Source of the DNA: an uncultured Gammaproteobacteria bacterium
GTDB lineage: Bacteria > Patescibacteriota > Patescibacteriia > Magasanikbacterales > UBA922
DNA length: 64,000 nt
Assembly (NCBI GenBank): GCA_964447765.1
Contig: CAYUTO010000004.1
Location: forward strand, 22,561-86,560
Direction: 5' to 3'
Both the position numbers and the translations under genes were made by a program. The notes below the pieces were generated by a model. It was not told the origin of the DNA. It saw nothing but the letters and a program-made list of their open reading frames with translations, and did not search any database. Each line of letters starts with the position of its first letter. Positions within the stretch are counted from its first letter, which is position 1. Of the stretch, positions 32,131 to 41,843 are shown piece by piece.

Positions 32131-32133
32131 CTT

Positions 32134-32622
32134 ATGGAAATTCTAGACATTGTAAATCAATATGATGAAGTGATCGGAAAAGCTTCTCGAGATGAGGTAT
32201 ACGAAAAATTATTACCCCATCGCATCGTGCATGTACTTATTTTTAATGACAACAAAGAAATGGCACTACAACTCCGAAGCAAGACCGTATCCTTTTGTCC
32301 GAACCATTGGTCGACTGCGGTTGGCGGACATGTGCAATCTGGAGAAAACTATGAAGAAGCTGCAATGAGAGAATATGAAGAAGAATTAGGAATAAAAAAT
32401 GCGCTTACCTTCTTCGGTAAAGACATCTATGAAATAGAGAATAGACCAAAAAAATTCTTAACTATATTTACCAGTACATTTAACGGACCATTTTCCAAAG
32501 ATCCCACAGAAGTAGAAAAAGTTGAATTCTTCCCTCTTGAAACCATTAGAGCCATGATACAAAATGAAGAAAAATTTCACCCCGAGTTACTATTTTTACT
32601 TCAAAAATATTTTGCACACTAA
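32134..32622 (+). CDS. NUDIX hydrolase (IPP-isomerase/YfcD-like)
   Basis: LQLRS...PNHW, GGHVQSGE....AMREYEEELG. Confidence 0.88.
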   Translation: MEILDIVNQYDEVIGKASRDEVYEKLLPHRIVHVLIFNDNKEMALQLRSKTVSFCPNHWSTAVGGHVQSGENYEEAAMREYEEELGIKNALTFFGKDIYEIENRPKKFLTIFTSTFNGPFSKDPTEVEKVEFFPLETIRAMIQNEEKFHPELLFLLQKYFAH

Positions 32623-32654
32623 AAAAAACACCCCGCTTTCACAGGGTGTTTTTT
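32622..32654. terminator. Bidirectional terminator between convergent NUDIX gene and fusA
   Basis: A-run, ACACCC...GGGTGT, T-run. Confidence 0.7.
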
Positions 32655-32672
32655 AATCTTTCAATGTTTGAA

Positions 32673-34772
32673 TTACTTCATCTTTCCACTTGCAACAAGC
32701 GCTTCAATATTTTTTGGACATTCTGCATACTTAGAAAATTCCATAGCATACGTTGCTCGTCCTTGGGTCATAGAGCGGAGTCCAGTTGCATAGCCAAACA
32801 TACTTGCAAGTGGTACCAACGCACGAATAACTTTTGCAGTTCCTCGTTGAGTCATCTCTTCGATCTGTCCACGCTTTGAAGACAAATCTCCGATTACGTC
32901 TCCCATATATTCTTCAGGAGTCGTGACTTCTACTTTCATAATAGGCTCAAGAAGTACAGGATGTGCTTTGTGTGCAGCTGCTACAAATCCCATAGATCCC
33001 GCGAGTTTGAACGCGATTTCACTTGAGTCGACTTCGTGATAACTTCCATCAAACACCGTAACTTTTACATCAAGGATTGGGTATCCTGCAACGATTCCTT
33101 TACCCACTGCTTCTTTCACACCTTTTTCAATAGCAGGGATATATTCACGTGGGATCAATCCTCCCTTGATATCATCAACGAATACCAAATTTTGCCCTGG
33201 ATATTCTACTTTGTCTTCATCTGAAAGTGGTTCCACGCGGAGCCAGCAGTGTCCGTATTGTCCACGTCCACCCGACTGCTTCACATGTTTTCCTTCAGCC
33301 TCAGCACTCTGACGAATCGTTTCTTTATATGCCACCTGTGGAGCACCTACTTGCGCTTCCACTTTGAATTCACGTCGCATACGATCCACGATAATGTCGA
33401 GATGCAATTCCCCCATTCCCGCAATAATAGTCTGAAGTGTTTCAGGATCACTTGATACTCTGAATGTTGGATCTTCTTCAGCAAGTTTCTGTAATGCCAT
33501 ACTCATTTTTTCAGCATCACCCTTGGTATTAGGTTCAATAGCAACAGAAATAACTGGCTCTGGAAATGTTGGGCGAGCCAAAAGTACTGGTCGTGATTCA
33601 TCACAAAGTGTATCTCCAGTCGTTGTATTTTTGAGTCCAATTGCCGCAGCGATTTCCCCAGCAAATACCTGATCTACATCTTCACGAGTATTTGCATGCA
33701 ATCGCACGATACGACCAATACGTTCTTTGTTACCATTCGTACTATTCAATACATAACTTCCCGCTTTGATATTTCCCGAATACACGCGGAAGAAAGTAAG
33801 GCGTCCAACAAAAGGATCTGTTGCAACTTTAAATGCAAGACCAACAAATGGGTCAGCATCACTCGCTTTGACTTCAATCGTTTTAGCTTCATCATCAGGA
33901 TCGAGTGCTTCAATAACCGGCATATCAAGTGGAGTCGGCAAATACTCAACCACATTATCGAGTACCAATTGTACTCCAATATTTTGGAGAGCTGTTCCAC
34001 ACATGACCGGATAAATTTCATCTTTCAACACCATCAAGCGAATTGCTTTTTTCACTTCTTCAACTGAAAGTGTATTAGTTTCAAGATATTTACTCATGAG
34101 TTCATCAGTTGCCTCAGCTACTTTTTCAAGTAACAGAGCACGATATTCTGCAACCTGTGCTTTCATGTCTTCTGGAATTTCAAATTCAACTACATTGATT
34201 CCATGATCTCCTTCAAATCGGTACGCTTTCTCTTCAACAATATCAATAATTCCTTTAAACTCAGATTCCATACCAATAGGCAATTGGATTGCAAAAGCAT
34301 TTGGAGACAATCTGGTTCTAATTGAATTTAACGTCATGAAAAAGTCAGCGCCCGTCTTGTCCATTTTATTTGCAAAACAAATACGAGGCACGCGATATTT
34401 ATCTGCCTGGCGCCACACGGTTTCAGACTGTGGCTCTACTCCCTGTGAACCATCAAATACTGCAACAGCCCCATCAAGTACACGGAGTGATCGCTCTACT
34501 TCTACAGTAAAATCTACGTGACCTGGAGTATCGATCAAGTTGATACGATGATTTTTCCAGAAACAAGTAGTCGCAGCAGAAGTGATCGTAATACCACGTT
34601 CTTTTTCCTGTTCCATCCAGTCCATTTCAGCAGCTCCTTCATGTACTTCTCCGATTTTGTGTTTTTTTCCTGTGTAAAAAAGAATACGTTCAGAAACGGT
34701 CGTCTTTCCGGCATCAATATGCGCCATGATTCCAATATTTCGCACGCGCTCGAGTGGATAATCTCGTCCCAT
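32673..34772 (-). CDS. fusA: Elongation factor G
   Basis: [40 protein letters not shown]. Confidence 0.99.
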   Translation of the reverse strand: MGRDYPLERVRNIGIMAHIDAGKTTVSERILFYTGKKHKIGEVHEGAAEMDWMEQEKERGITITSAATTCFWKNHRINLIDTPGHVDFTVEVERSLRVLDGAVAVFDGSQGVEPQSETVWRQADKYRVPRICFANKMDKTGADFFMTLNSIRTRLSPNAFAIQLPIGMESEFKGIIDIVEEKAYRFEGDHGINVVEFEIPEDMKAQVAEYRALLLEKVAEATDELMSKYLETNTLSVEEVKKAIRLMVLKDEIYPVMCGTALQNIGVQLVLDNVVEYLPTPLDMPVIEALDPDDEAKTIEVKASDADPFVGLAFKVATDPFVGRLTFFRVYSGNIKAGSYVLNSTNGNKERIGRIVRLHANTREDVDQVFAGEIAAAIGLKNTTTGDTLCDESRPVLLARPTFPEPVISVAIEPNTKGDAEKMSMALQKLAEEDPTFRVSSDPETLQTIIAGMGELHLDIIVDRMRREFKVEAQVGAPQVAYKETIRQSAEAEGKHVKQSGGRGQYGHCWLRVEPLSDEDKVEYPGQNLVFVDDIKGGLIPREYIPAIEKGVKEAVGKGIVAGYPILDVKVTVFDGSYHEVDSSEIAFKLAGSMGFVAAAHKAHPVLLEPIMKVEVTTPEEYMGDVIGDLSSKRGQIEEMTQRGTAKVIRALVPLASMFGYATGLRSMTQGRATYAMEFSKYAECPKNIEALVASGKMK

Positions 34773-34800
34773 AAAAAAGTGGGTTAAAAGTAAAAATTAC

Positions 34801-35280
34801 TTAGCGACTAAAACGTGCGAAGTGTGCAAACGCTTTGTTTGCTTCAGCCATACGATGCATGTCATCACGCTTTTTGATTGCTCCTCCAGTTCCTTCGAGT
34901 ACGTCTAAACATTCTTGAGCAAGCTTTTCAGCCATCGTTCTTCCCTTTCGAGAATGTGCAGCAGTCACGATCCATCGGAATGCGAGTGCATTCTGTCTGG
35001 TTCCAGATACGGGCATTGGAACCTGGTAGTTAGCGCCACCCACGCGTCGTGAACGAACCTCTACTTGAGGTCGCACCGTTTCCAATGTTTGTTCAAATAC
35101 TTTAATTGGTTCAGTTTTCTTTTTTTCCTTCAAAATTTCGAGAGCTCCATACACAATATGTTCTGCAGTAGATTTCTTACCATCTTTCATTACAAAGTTG
35201 ATGAACTTTGCTAAGATCTCACTGTTATACAATGGGTCCGGTGTAGGAGTTCGCTTGAATCCTCGTTTTCCTCGTGGCAT
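34801..35280 (-). CDS. rpsG: 30S ribosomal protein S7
   Basis: [23 protein letters not shown]. Confidence 0.98.
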   Translation of the reverse strand: MPRGKRGFKRTPTPDPLYNSEILAKFINFVMKDGKKSTAEHIVYGALEILKEKKKTEPIKVFEQTLETVRPQVEVRSRRVGGANYQVPMPVSGTRQNALAFRWIVTAAHSRKGRTMAEKLAQECLDVLEGTGGAIKKRDDMHRMAEANKAFAHFARFSR

Positions 35281-35313
35281 ATATTCTTTGATGATTATCT
35301 AATGAAAGGTGAG

Positions 35314-35742
35314 TTATTTCTTTGCAGCTTTTGGACGTTTTGCTCCATAAATTGAGCGACTGCGTCTTCGAGCTTCTACTCCCTGTGTGTCATACACTCC
35401 ACGAACAATATGATAACGTACACCAGGTAAATCTTTTACACGTCCACCACGAATAAGCACGATTGAGTGTTCCTGCAAATTGTGTCCCTCGCCCGGAATA
35501 TAAGCGATAATTTCTGATCCATTAGAAAGACGAACTTTCGCTACTTTTCGAAGAGCTGAGTTAGGTTTCTTTGGAGTCATGGTATACACCTTGGTACACA
35601 CACCACGTTTAAATGGTGCTCCGCGACGAAGTTCAGTTCGTTTGCGGTGTAAACTGTCGAGCGTAAACTGGAGCGCTGGAGACTTGGATTTATTTTTCCG
35701 TGTGATCCGTCCCTTGCGCAAAATCTGATTCATCGTAGGCAT
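35314..35742 (-). CDS. rpsL: 30S ribosomal protein S12
   Basis: [23 protein letters not shown]. Confidence 0.99.
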   Translation of the reverse strand: MPTMNQILRKGRITRKNKSKSPALQFTLDSLHRKRTELRRGAPFKRGVCTKVYTMTPKKPNSALRKVAKVRLSNGSEIIAYIPGEGHNLQEHSIVLIRGGRVKDLPGVRYHIVRGVYDTQGVEARRRSRSIYGAKRPKAAKK

Positions 35743-35919
35743 AGTCTGATTTGCTAAATTAAACTTATAAATAAATTAAAATGCCCCTGGTAGGGCACGT
35801 TCAGACAAACAAAATGAGTGTTTATCGAACGTTTGAGAGCTAATACAAGCTCTGAGACGCTTCACCCTCGAAAATTGAGGATTACTACGTTCTTATACGT
35901 CTTTAGGTGACGTAGGCAG

Positions 35920-35948
35920 AATATACCTGATATAAAGACATATGTCAA
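35920..35948 (-). promoter_or_regulatory. sigma70-type promoter for rpsL-rpsG-fusA
   Basis: TTGACA-17bp-TATATT. Confidence 0.7.
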
Positions 35949-35966
35949 GACAAGAAGTCACCATCG

Positions 35967-35995
35967 TTGACCAATCCAGTCATACACTATACTAT
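35967..35995 (+). promoter_or_regulatory. sigma70-type promoter for pyrB
   Basis: TTGACC-17bp-TACTAT. Confidence 0.6.
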
Positions 35996-36033
35996 ATCCG
36001 AAGTTCAACAGTTCTGTTCTTTCAGGGAGGAGT

Positions 36034-37014
36034 ATGGAAAAATTTCCGAAGCATGTTCTTAGCTCAGACCAGTTCAGTCCCGAAATGATCGAATACCTCT
36101 GCGGTCAGGCAGAAGACATCCGTGCGATCATGGAGACTGGCAAGAAACGCCAGCTTCTCGGAAAACTGCACGGAATGAGCATGTTCACAGTATTCTACGA
36201 GCCTTCGACTCGCACACGTTTTTCCTTCGAACAGGCAGGAAACGTGTGTGGTATGCACAAGTGCTCTACCGAGAATGCCGAGATAACCTCTTCAGTCTCC
36301 AAGGGTGAAAACCTAGAAGACACGGTGAAAACGCTCTCGGGATACTACCCAGATGTATTCGTGCTGCGGCACAAAGTGAAAGGAGCAGCAAAACGCGCAG
36401 CAGAAGTAATCGATGAGAAGAAAAAGAACGTGCACATCATCAACGCAGGTGATGGTAAAGGAGAACATCCTTCACAAGCACTCCTCGACTTCTACACGAT
36501 CTGGCAAGCCAAAGGAAGAAAGCTCGACAATATCCGAATCATGTTCGGAGGCGATCTGAAATACGGGCGTACTGTTCGTTCTCTCGCGCGTGTACTTGCC
36601 AAGTACCCGGGGATTACGATGACGTTCGTAGCGCCTGAAGCGCTCCAGGTCGCAGAAGACATCCGTGCAGACCTCGACACCCATCAGATACCCTACACGC
36701 TCGAATCAGATCCGATGAAGGCGTTCCCGGAAGCAGACGTGATCTATTGGACGCGACTGCAGAAAGAGAGAATCGAAGACGAACGTACACGTATCGAACT
36801 CGAGGAAATTGAACGAAAAGGAACGTACAATATCGGATCGCCACAGCTCTCAGTCATGAAGCCAACCGCGAATATCCTTCACCCACTTCCCCGTGTCGGA
36901 GAAATCCTGCACGAAGTGGACCAAGATCCACGGTCGTGGTACTTCACACAAGCTGAAAATGGGCTGTACATCCGTATAGCGCTCCTGCTGGAGCTGCTCC
37001 GCGAGTCGGAGTAA
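36034..37014 (+). CDS. pyrB: Aspartate carbamoyltransferase catalytic subunit
   Basis: FYEPSTRT, KGE.LEDT, INAGDG..EHPSQ, GDLKYGRT, TRLQKER, HPLPR. Confidence 0.95.
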   Translation: MEKFPKHVLSSDQFSPEMIEYLCGQAEDIRAIMETGKKRQLLGKLHGMSMFTVFYEPSTRTRFSFEQAGNVCGMHKCSTENAEITSSVSKGENLEDTVKTLSGYYPDVFVLRHKVKGAAKRAAEVIDEKKKNVHIINAGDGKGEHPSQALLDFYTIWQAKGRKLDNIRIMFGGDLKYGRTVRSLARVLAKYPGITMTFVAPEALQVAEDIRADLDTHQIPYTLESDPMKAFPEADVIYWTRLQKERIEDERTRIELEEIERKGTYNIGSPQLSVMKPTANILHPLPRVGEILHEVDQDPRSWYFTQAENGLYIRIALLLELLRESE

Positions 37015-37020
37015 CCAAAA

Positions 37021-37042
37021 GCCGGCCTCGAAAGAGGCCGGC
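37021..37042. terminator. Hairpin between convergent pyrB and protease genes
   Basis: GCCGGCCTC-GAAA-GAGGCCGGC. Confidence 0.65.
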
Positions 37043-37059
37043 ATCTACATTTTTAGAGA

Positions 37060-37677
37060 CTACATAAGAACTTTACTTCCTACAAAAAGTTGAAAAATAT
37101 ATTGAATCACCGGACTCATAACCCCAGAAAAAAATAAAATAAACGCGATCAGAATCATAAAACCATATCGCTCAAGTATTTCTTTGACCTTCCACATTGA
37201 ATCTGGAAGTATTGCGTACAACACTTTTGATCCATCAAGCGGAGGAATCGGCAGAAGATTGAATACAGCAAGACCAATATTTGCGTATACAATAATCGAA
37301 AAAAACAACGTCATGTCACTAATCGGAAGCACACGAATAACAATGCTAAACAAAAACGCAAGAAATAGATTAGACAAGGGACCCGCAAGCGCCACCCACA
37401 TCGGACCGGTTTTCTGATTTTTCAAATTATAGGGATTGTATGGGACTGGTTTTGCATAGGCAAACAAAAATCTACCCCCGGTCGAAAGATACAAAAAAAT
37501 AGGCAAAATAATCGTTCCCCAGAGATCAATATGGGATTTTGGGTTGAGAGTTAGTCTCCCTGCATAGCGGGCCGTAGGGTCCCCCATTCGATCTGCAACC
37601 CATCCATGCATATATTCATGGATAATGGCTGAAGGGATAATAACGAGAAGATAAAAGAATGCAATAAGATTATCCAT
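37060..37677 (-). CDS. Site-2 (M50) membrane zinc protease
   Basis: HEYMH, GDPT, ALAGP, FNLLPIPPLDG; start at ATG 37677. Confidence 0.92.
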   Translation of the reverse strand: MDNLIAFFYLLVIIPSAIIHEYMHGWVADRMGDPTARYAGRLTLNPKSHIDLWGTIILPIFLYLSTGGRFLFAYAKPVPYNPYNLKNQKTGPMWVALAGPLSNLFLAFLFSIVIRVLPISDMTLFFSIIVYANIGLAVFNLLPIPPLDGSKVLYAILPDSMWKVKEILERYGFMILIAFILFFSGVMSPVIQYIFQLFVGSKVLM

Positions 37678-37772
37678 AGGATCCTGACTTGACAAAAAGA
37701 GAATAATAGAATACACTTCTGCGCATAACGCCGTATCAGTATATCCTCTATTCTCTTCTAACGTCAACCAGT

Positions 37773-37979
37773 ATGCGAAAATGCGAACTATGTAAAAAAG
37801 GCTCAGTAAGTGCAGCAAATCGAAGTCATTCAAAAGTGAAGACACTTCGCAAACAACATGCAAACCTCCAGAAATTTATGGGGCTCATGCTCTGCAGTTC
37901 ATGCCGACGAACGATCCAAAAAAGAGTAACCGAAGCTGCTACTCCAAAAAAAGCAGTGAAAGTAGCTCAAACAAAGTAA
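37773..37979 (+). CDS. rpmB: 50S ribosomal protein L28
   Basis: RKCELC...NRSHS...NLQ...CSSC. Confidence 0.88.
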   Translation: MRKCELCKKGSVSAANRSHSKVKTLRKQHANLQKFMGLMLCSSCRRTIQKRVTEAATPKKAVKVAQTK

Positions 37980-37993
37980 TCATTTCAAAAAAT

Positions 37994-38026
37994 AAAAATA
38001 CTCTCCAAATCGGAGAGTATTTTTTT
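37994..38026. terminator. Bidirectional terminator
   Basis: AAAATACTCTCC...GGAGAGTATTTT. Confidence 0.7.
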
Positions 38027-38039
38027 ATCATCACAGTTA

Positions 38040-38951
38040 TTATTCAAACCGAGCTGGAGGCCGCTTCATACTATCATCACTTTCTACAATCTTTTTACAT
38101 TCAGGAGAACATGCACCGTTGAATTTTTCAACACAGCCATCACAGCCAATAAATAATCTATTACACTCTTTGTACACACAATTGCGATACGTGTCACACA
38201 AAACTCCACAAAGTAAACACTTCCCCACAATCTCTTCAGTATCAGTATGATTCACACGCAAAGCAATTCGATCATCAAACGTAAAGCATTTTCCTTCAAA
38301 AAAACCTTCATTACCATATTTCTCAGCATACGTTACGATTCCCCCATCCAACTGATAAACCTGACTTTTATCAAATCCATAAGCAACGAATAGTGCTGAA
38401 GCCGGTTCACAACGCACTCCCCCAGTACAATACATTACAATCTTTTTTCCCTTGAACTGACCATAAAAATCCATCACGTCTTTCAGATCACGAAAATATG
38501 ATACAGGCGGACGGATAGCATTTTTGAAACGACCGATATCGTATTCATAATCATTCCGCATATCAATAAGAATCATCTCTTCTCCGCGACTAAGCCATTT
38601 ATGGAATGTATCACGATCCACATGTTTTCCACGCTTGGTCCAATCAATAGCATCTTTAATTTCAGTCGTAATAATTTCGTCGCGATGTCGTACACGAAGT
38701 TTCGGAAATGGAAGAAAATCAGCAGTATGTTCTTTCCAGTCAATTTTTTTATATAACCGATGCTGATTCATGTACGCTTTATAGAGCTCAATACTTTCTT
38801 TGGTTCCACCAACATTTCCATTAATACCATAATCACCAATAAGAATTCGTCCTTTGATACCCAAAGCAAGACAAATCTCTTTGTGCATTTCAACTTCTTT
38901 CGCTGGATTCTTGATGTTTACAATTTTGTAATACAGTAAGGTATGGAACAT
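38040..38951 (-). CDS. trhO: Rhodanese-related tRNA U34 hydroxylase (TrhO/YceA)
   Basis: GRI....GING, DMRNDYE..IGRF, YCTGGVRCE, LDGGI..Y, G.CFTFDDR, Cys-rich C-terminus. Confidence 0.88.
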   Translation of the reverse strand: MFHTLLYYKIVNIKNPAKEVEMHKEICLALGIKGRILIGDYGINGNVGGTKESIELYKAYMNQHRLYKKIDWKEHTADFLPFPKLRVRHRDEIITTEIKDAIDWTKRGKHVDRDTFHKWLSRGEEMILIDMRNDYEYDIGRFKNAIRPPVSYFRDLKDVMDFYGQFKGKKIVMYCTGGVRCEPASALFVAYGFDKSQVYQLDGGIVTYAEKYGNEGFFEGKCFTFDDRIALRVNHTDTEEIVGKCLLCGVLCDTYRNCVYKECNRLFIGCDGCVEKFNGACSPECKKIVESDDSMKRPPARFE

Positions 38952-38953
38952 AT

Positions 38954-39053
38954 AAAAGTCTATCAAGTTAAAAAGTCAAAAAGTCCATAATGTCTAAAAA
39001 TCTGATTAGTAATATATATTACTTTCAACTTTATGACTTTCAGACTTTTGACT
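38954..39053. repeat. 7-9-bp-period tandem inverted repeat (AAAGTC)n...(GACTTT)n
   Basis: Fills the tRNA-trhO gap; relative of 29121-29219. Confidence 0.75.
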
Positions 39054-39061
39054 AACATTCG

Positions 39062-39134
39062 TCGGGCTGACACGACTTGAACGTGCGGCCTCATGACCCC
39101 CAGCCATGCGCTCTACCAACTGAGCTACAGCCCG
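39062..39134 (-). tRNA. tRNA-Pro(GGG), CCA not encoded
   Basis: CGGGCTG acceptor stem, AGCTCAGTTGGTAGAGC D-arm, CATGG-CT-GGG-GG-TCATG anticodon arm, GTTCAAG T-loop. Confidence 0.95.
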
Positions 39135-39141
39135 ATTTAAG

Positions 39142-39224
39142 CCAATTACCAATAAAACAATTATCAACTAACAAATTGCATAAAATTGTATTTTTGTTAG
39201 TTGTTCCTTGCTCATTGTTCCTTA
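39142..39224. repeat. 7-bp-period tandem inverted repeat (AATTAHC)n...(TTGYTCM)n
   Basis: Lies between the tRNA and its putative promoter (TTGAAA-17-TAATAT at ~39233-39261). Confidence 0.55.
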
Positions 39225-39273
39225 TCCCCAGCATATTAAAACAAAAAACCCTTTTTTTCAAGAGTTCCTTGTA

Positions 39274-39423
39274 TGACCCCAGAGAGGTGCAGTACGAAAT
39301 ACTACTCCTGAATGAAACAGGTGGGTAGCCGCACTTCTAGCCCACGGGCTAGAAAAATATAGGCCTCCCTATGTAGTATATTTGTAGAATAGTATATGTA
39401 CTGTACCACTAGAACCAGGGTCA
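39274..39423 (+). ncRNA. Candidate structured RNA (multibranch)
   Basis: Nested stems TGACCC/GGGTCA and GGTGCAGTAC/GTACTGTACC enclosing hairpins; no family recognised. Confidence 0.35.
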
Positions 39424-39629
39424 ATTCAAATATACCAAGACGTTCAAAATTGTGCAAATGTGACTCATCCACTACTTAGAACTCTCTAAATACTGGAGGA
39501 GAGACGACCAGGTGAAACAGGTCGCCGAGAAACAAAAGAACAATATACAGCCATGAAAGATCAAGCGCGATAACGCATAAGTCGAGATACCAACTCACAC
39601 GTTACCACTCGATTCTACTCTGACCTCAC

Positions 39630-39890
39630 CTAAGAGTCGTGATTACCTCGCTGCCGTTTGACAGGAGTCGAGACAGGCGCCACTTGTGCCTCAGGGAGGA
39701 AGCGATGTCGACATCCGCGAAGGGAAGCAGGCTCGGGACGAGCCATCTCACTGCTTCGCGGAGGAACCGCTGACTTTTTCTTGAACTTGGCCAAATTCTT
39801 GGCCCACACTTGATACACAGAACCTTCAGGCATGATTACCCTAACGAGCATGCTCGATTGAATATTCTCAAACTTTGAGAAAACTCGCAC
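39630..39890 (-). CDS. Possible orphan small protein
   Basis: 86-aa ORF in GC-richer DNA; start uncertain. Confidence 0.35.
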   Translation of the reverse strand: MRVFSKFENIQSSMLVRVIMPEGSVYQVWAKNLAKFKKKSAVPPRSSEMARPEPASLRGCRHRFLPEAQVAPVSTPVKRQRGNHDS

Positions 39891-40126
39891 AAAGCGGAAT
39901 TCAGTCTAAATAAAAATCTTTTTACACCAACACCAACTTACTCTAAAGACATTGAATAAGAATACAAAAATAAAAAAAACTTGTAAAGAATAGTACTACT
40001 AATTCCTTACAAGTTATTCACAGATACATACCACTGTATTCCTATGATGAAAAACAATGGCATATGGGCGATCGATGAGTGGAGTACTCATCGATCGCCC
40101 GGGAAAAAAGAACAAAAACTCGAGAA

Positions 40127-40345
40127 TCAGGCCGCACTAGCGACCTCAGGGACAGGTGGATACGCCGGCGTGTAAGCGCCCGTCCTCGTAACCGCGATGG
40201 TCCGCTTGCACTCACAACCGACGCGATAATCACCATTGCTGCATGGCTCCACGGTATCGATCTTACCGGCACCGCACGAACACTGGAAGTGCTCGCCTTT
40301 CTTGAGATGCTCAATCCGCACCACTCCTTTAATTCCCATAAACAT
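40127..40345 (-). CDS. Small Cys-rich (putative Zn-ribbon) protein
   Basis: AAGGAG SD before ATG 40345; CSCG...C...CEC. Confidence 0.6.
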   Translation of the reverse strand: MFMGIKGVVRIEHLKKGEHFQCSCGAGKIDTVEPCSNGDYRVGCECKRTIAVTRTGAYTPAYPPVPEVASAA

Positions 40346-40459
40346 ACACACTCTCCTTGTGTGAAATAAAGACAAGAGAAACGAAAGATGGGTTGACGAG
40401 TGCGACAACGTGAGAGCTGGAGTTTCCAACTAAGCACGTTGCCGCTCTCAAACGATCGA

Positions 40460-40669
40460 TCAGTCGCCGAACTTGTACCGCAACTCCGAGCGGTCGCGAG
40501 AAGCGATCTCACGATCCCAGACCGCAGCGATCCGGTCGTCGAGGAGGACGGGCGCGGTATTCTTGCGCTCCTTCTTACGCGAAGGGGCGAGAACCGCCTC
40601 CGAGGACTTGATGGACTTGGCGTCGAGGTTCAGCTGCTGTGACGGCAGCTTGGAATTATCTCCAGACAT
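40460..40669 (-). CDS. Orphan small protein (69 aa)
   Basis: GGGGGA purine tract before ATG 40669. Confidence 0.45.
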   Translation of the reverse strand: MSGDNSKLPSQQLNLDAKSIKSSEAVLAPSRKKERKNTAPVLLDDRIAAVWDREIASRDRSELRYKFGD

Positions 40670-40912
40670 AGCATTCCCCCGAAATTCTCTCGCATGGCAT
40701 TGCAAGAGCAAAGTCGCTCATACAGGCTTCCCCACCGCGGGTAGACTTGTTCAAGCGAGTTTTATATATACACCACAATGTACAAATAACACTCGCCGAT
40801 CAAAGTCTACAAACGTAAATTTCAATATAAACTTTTGAAAGAACTATTTCCCGATATGCGGGAAGAAGAATGTACAAAAGGATACACACTCTTCTTCACG
40901 TATATTTTCCAG

Positions 40913-40950
40913 AAAAAAAGACCCCAAACACTTGATTGTGCATGGGGCCT
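40913..40950 (-). terminator. Intrinsic terminator
   Basis: AGGCCCCA...TGGGGTCT followed by a T-run on the minus strand. Confidence 0.6.
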
Positions 40951-41115
40951 AGAAGGTTTAAGGTTACATGAATCTATTTCATCTCAAACCACTTCTTACC
41001 CCATGCGTATAATCCACCATTGCAAAACAAAAGTTCACCTTGCAAAGGCGGTTGAGAATGAGAGTAATAATTGTATGAGAAAATAATTTCATAAGTTTGT
41101 TACAACACATATCTG

Positions 41116-41144
41116 ACTATAACTCTGAATTTTTACGCGGTCAA
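41116..41144 (-). promoter_or_regulatory. sigma70-type promoter
   Basis: TTGACC-17bp-TATAGT. Confidence 0.6.
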
Positions 41145-41220
41145 GTTTTTTGAAGTTACTTATCCACAAGTAAAAAATAAAAAAGTCCCGCTTATAGCGA
41201 GACTTTTTTTCTCTAAAACA

Positions 41221-41703
41221 TTACACTCTCTCATCTTCAGTATACACATGGAGATAATCACTCTTCTCATATCCATGCAATTCATCCGCTTTGAAAAAGC
41301 GTTGTACTTCGGCTTGCGCAGCTTCGACAGAATCTGATGCATGAATCACGTTACATGCGACACTCATAGCATAATCTCCTCGGATAGACCCAGCTTCAGC
41401 AGTCCGAGCTTTGGTAATTCCAGTAATGAGCCGTATTGCATTCACTACTTCAAGCCCTTCCCATACTTGCACAATCACGGGTGAGCTCATCATAAATCGC
41501 TCCACTCCAGGATAAAAAGGTTTTTCAGCAATATGAGAATAATGCTCACGAAGAACTGCTTCTTCGAGCCTCATCATTTTCATACCTACCAATTTCAAAC
41601 CCTTCTGTTCGAATCGATCGGTAATCTTACCTACCAACCCGCGCTGGATTGCGTCTGGCTTAATAATTACAAGTGTTTTTTCTTCTAATCCTTCAAATTT
41701 CAT
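41221..41703 (-). CDS. ndk: Nucleoside diphosphate kinase
   Basis: IIKPDA.QRGL, GSIRGD, NVIHASDS. Confidence 0.97.
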   Translation of the reverse strand: MKFEGLEEKTLVIIKPDAIQRGLVGKITDRFEQKGLKLVGMKMMRLEEAVLREHYSHIAEKPFYPGVERFMMSSPVIVQVWEGLEVVNAIRLITGITKARTAEAGSIRGDYAMSVACNVIHASDSVEAAQAEVQRFFKADELHGYEKSDYLHVYTEDERV

Positions 41704-41843
41704 AGAGATTTTTGATTAGATGAATTAATGGGGAGCATTATAGCCGGAAATATGCTTACTGTCAAGCAAGTTGATGACAAAAAAAATATGCTGAAAATAT
41801 AAAAAATGCTATAATACGTCAATCTATAATTTTATTCTTCTAT

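Noticed and set aside
39476-39598. 40-codon hydrophobic ORF on the minus strand
   Set aside because: GTG start with weak SD; could arise by chance in T-rich sequence
39062-41150. Genomic island integrated at tRNA-Pro
   Set aside because: The orphan region lies on the 5' side of the tRNA; no duplicated tRNA end or integrase
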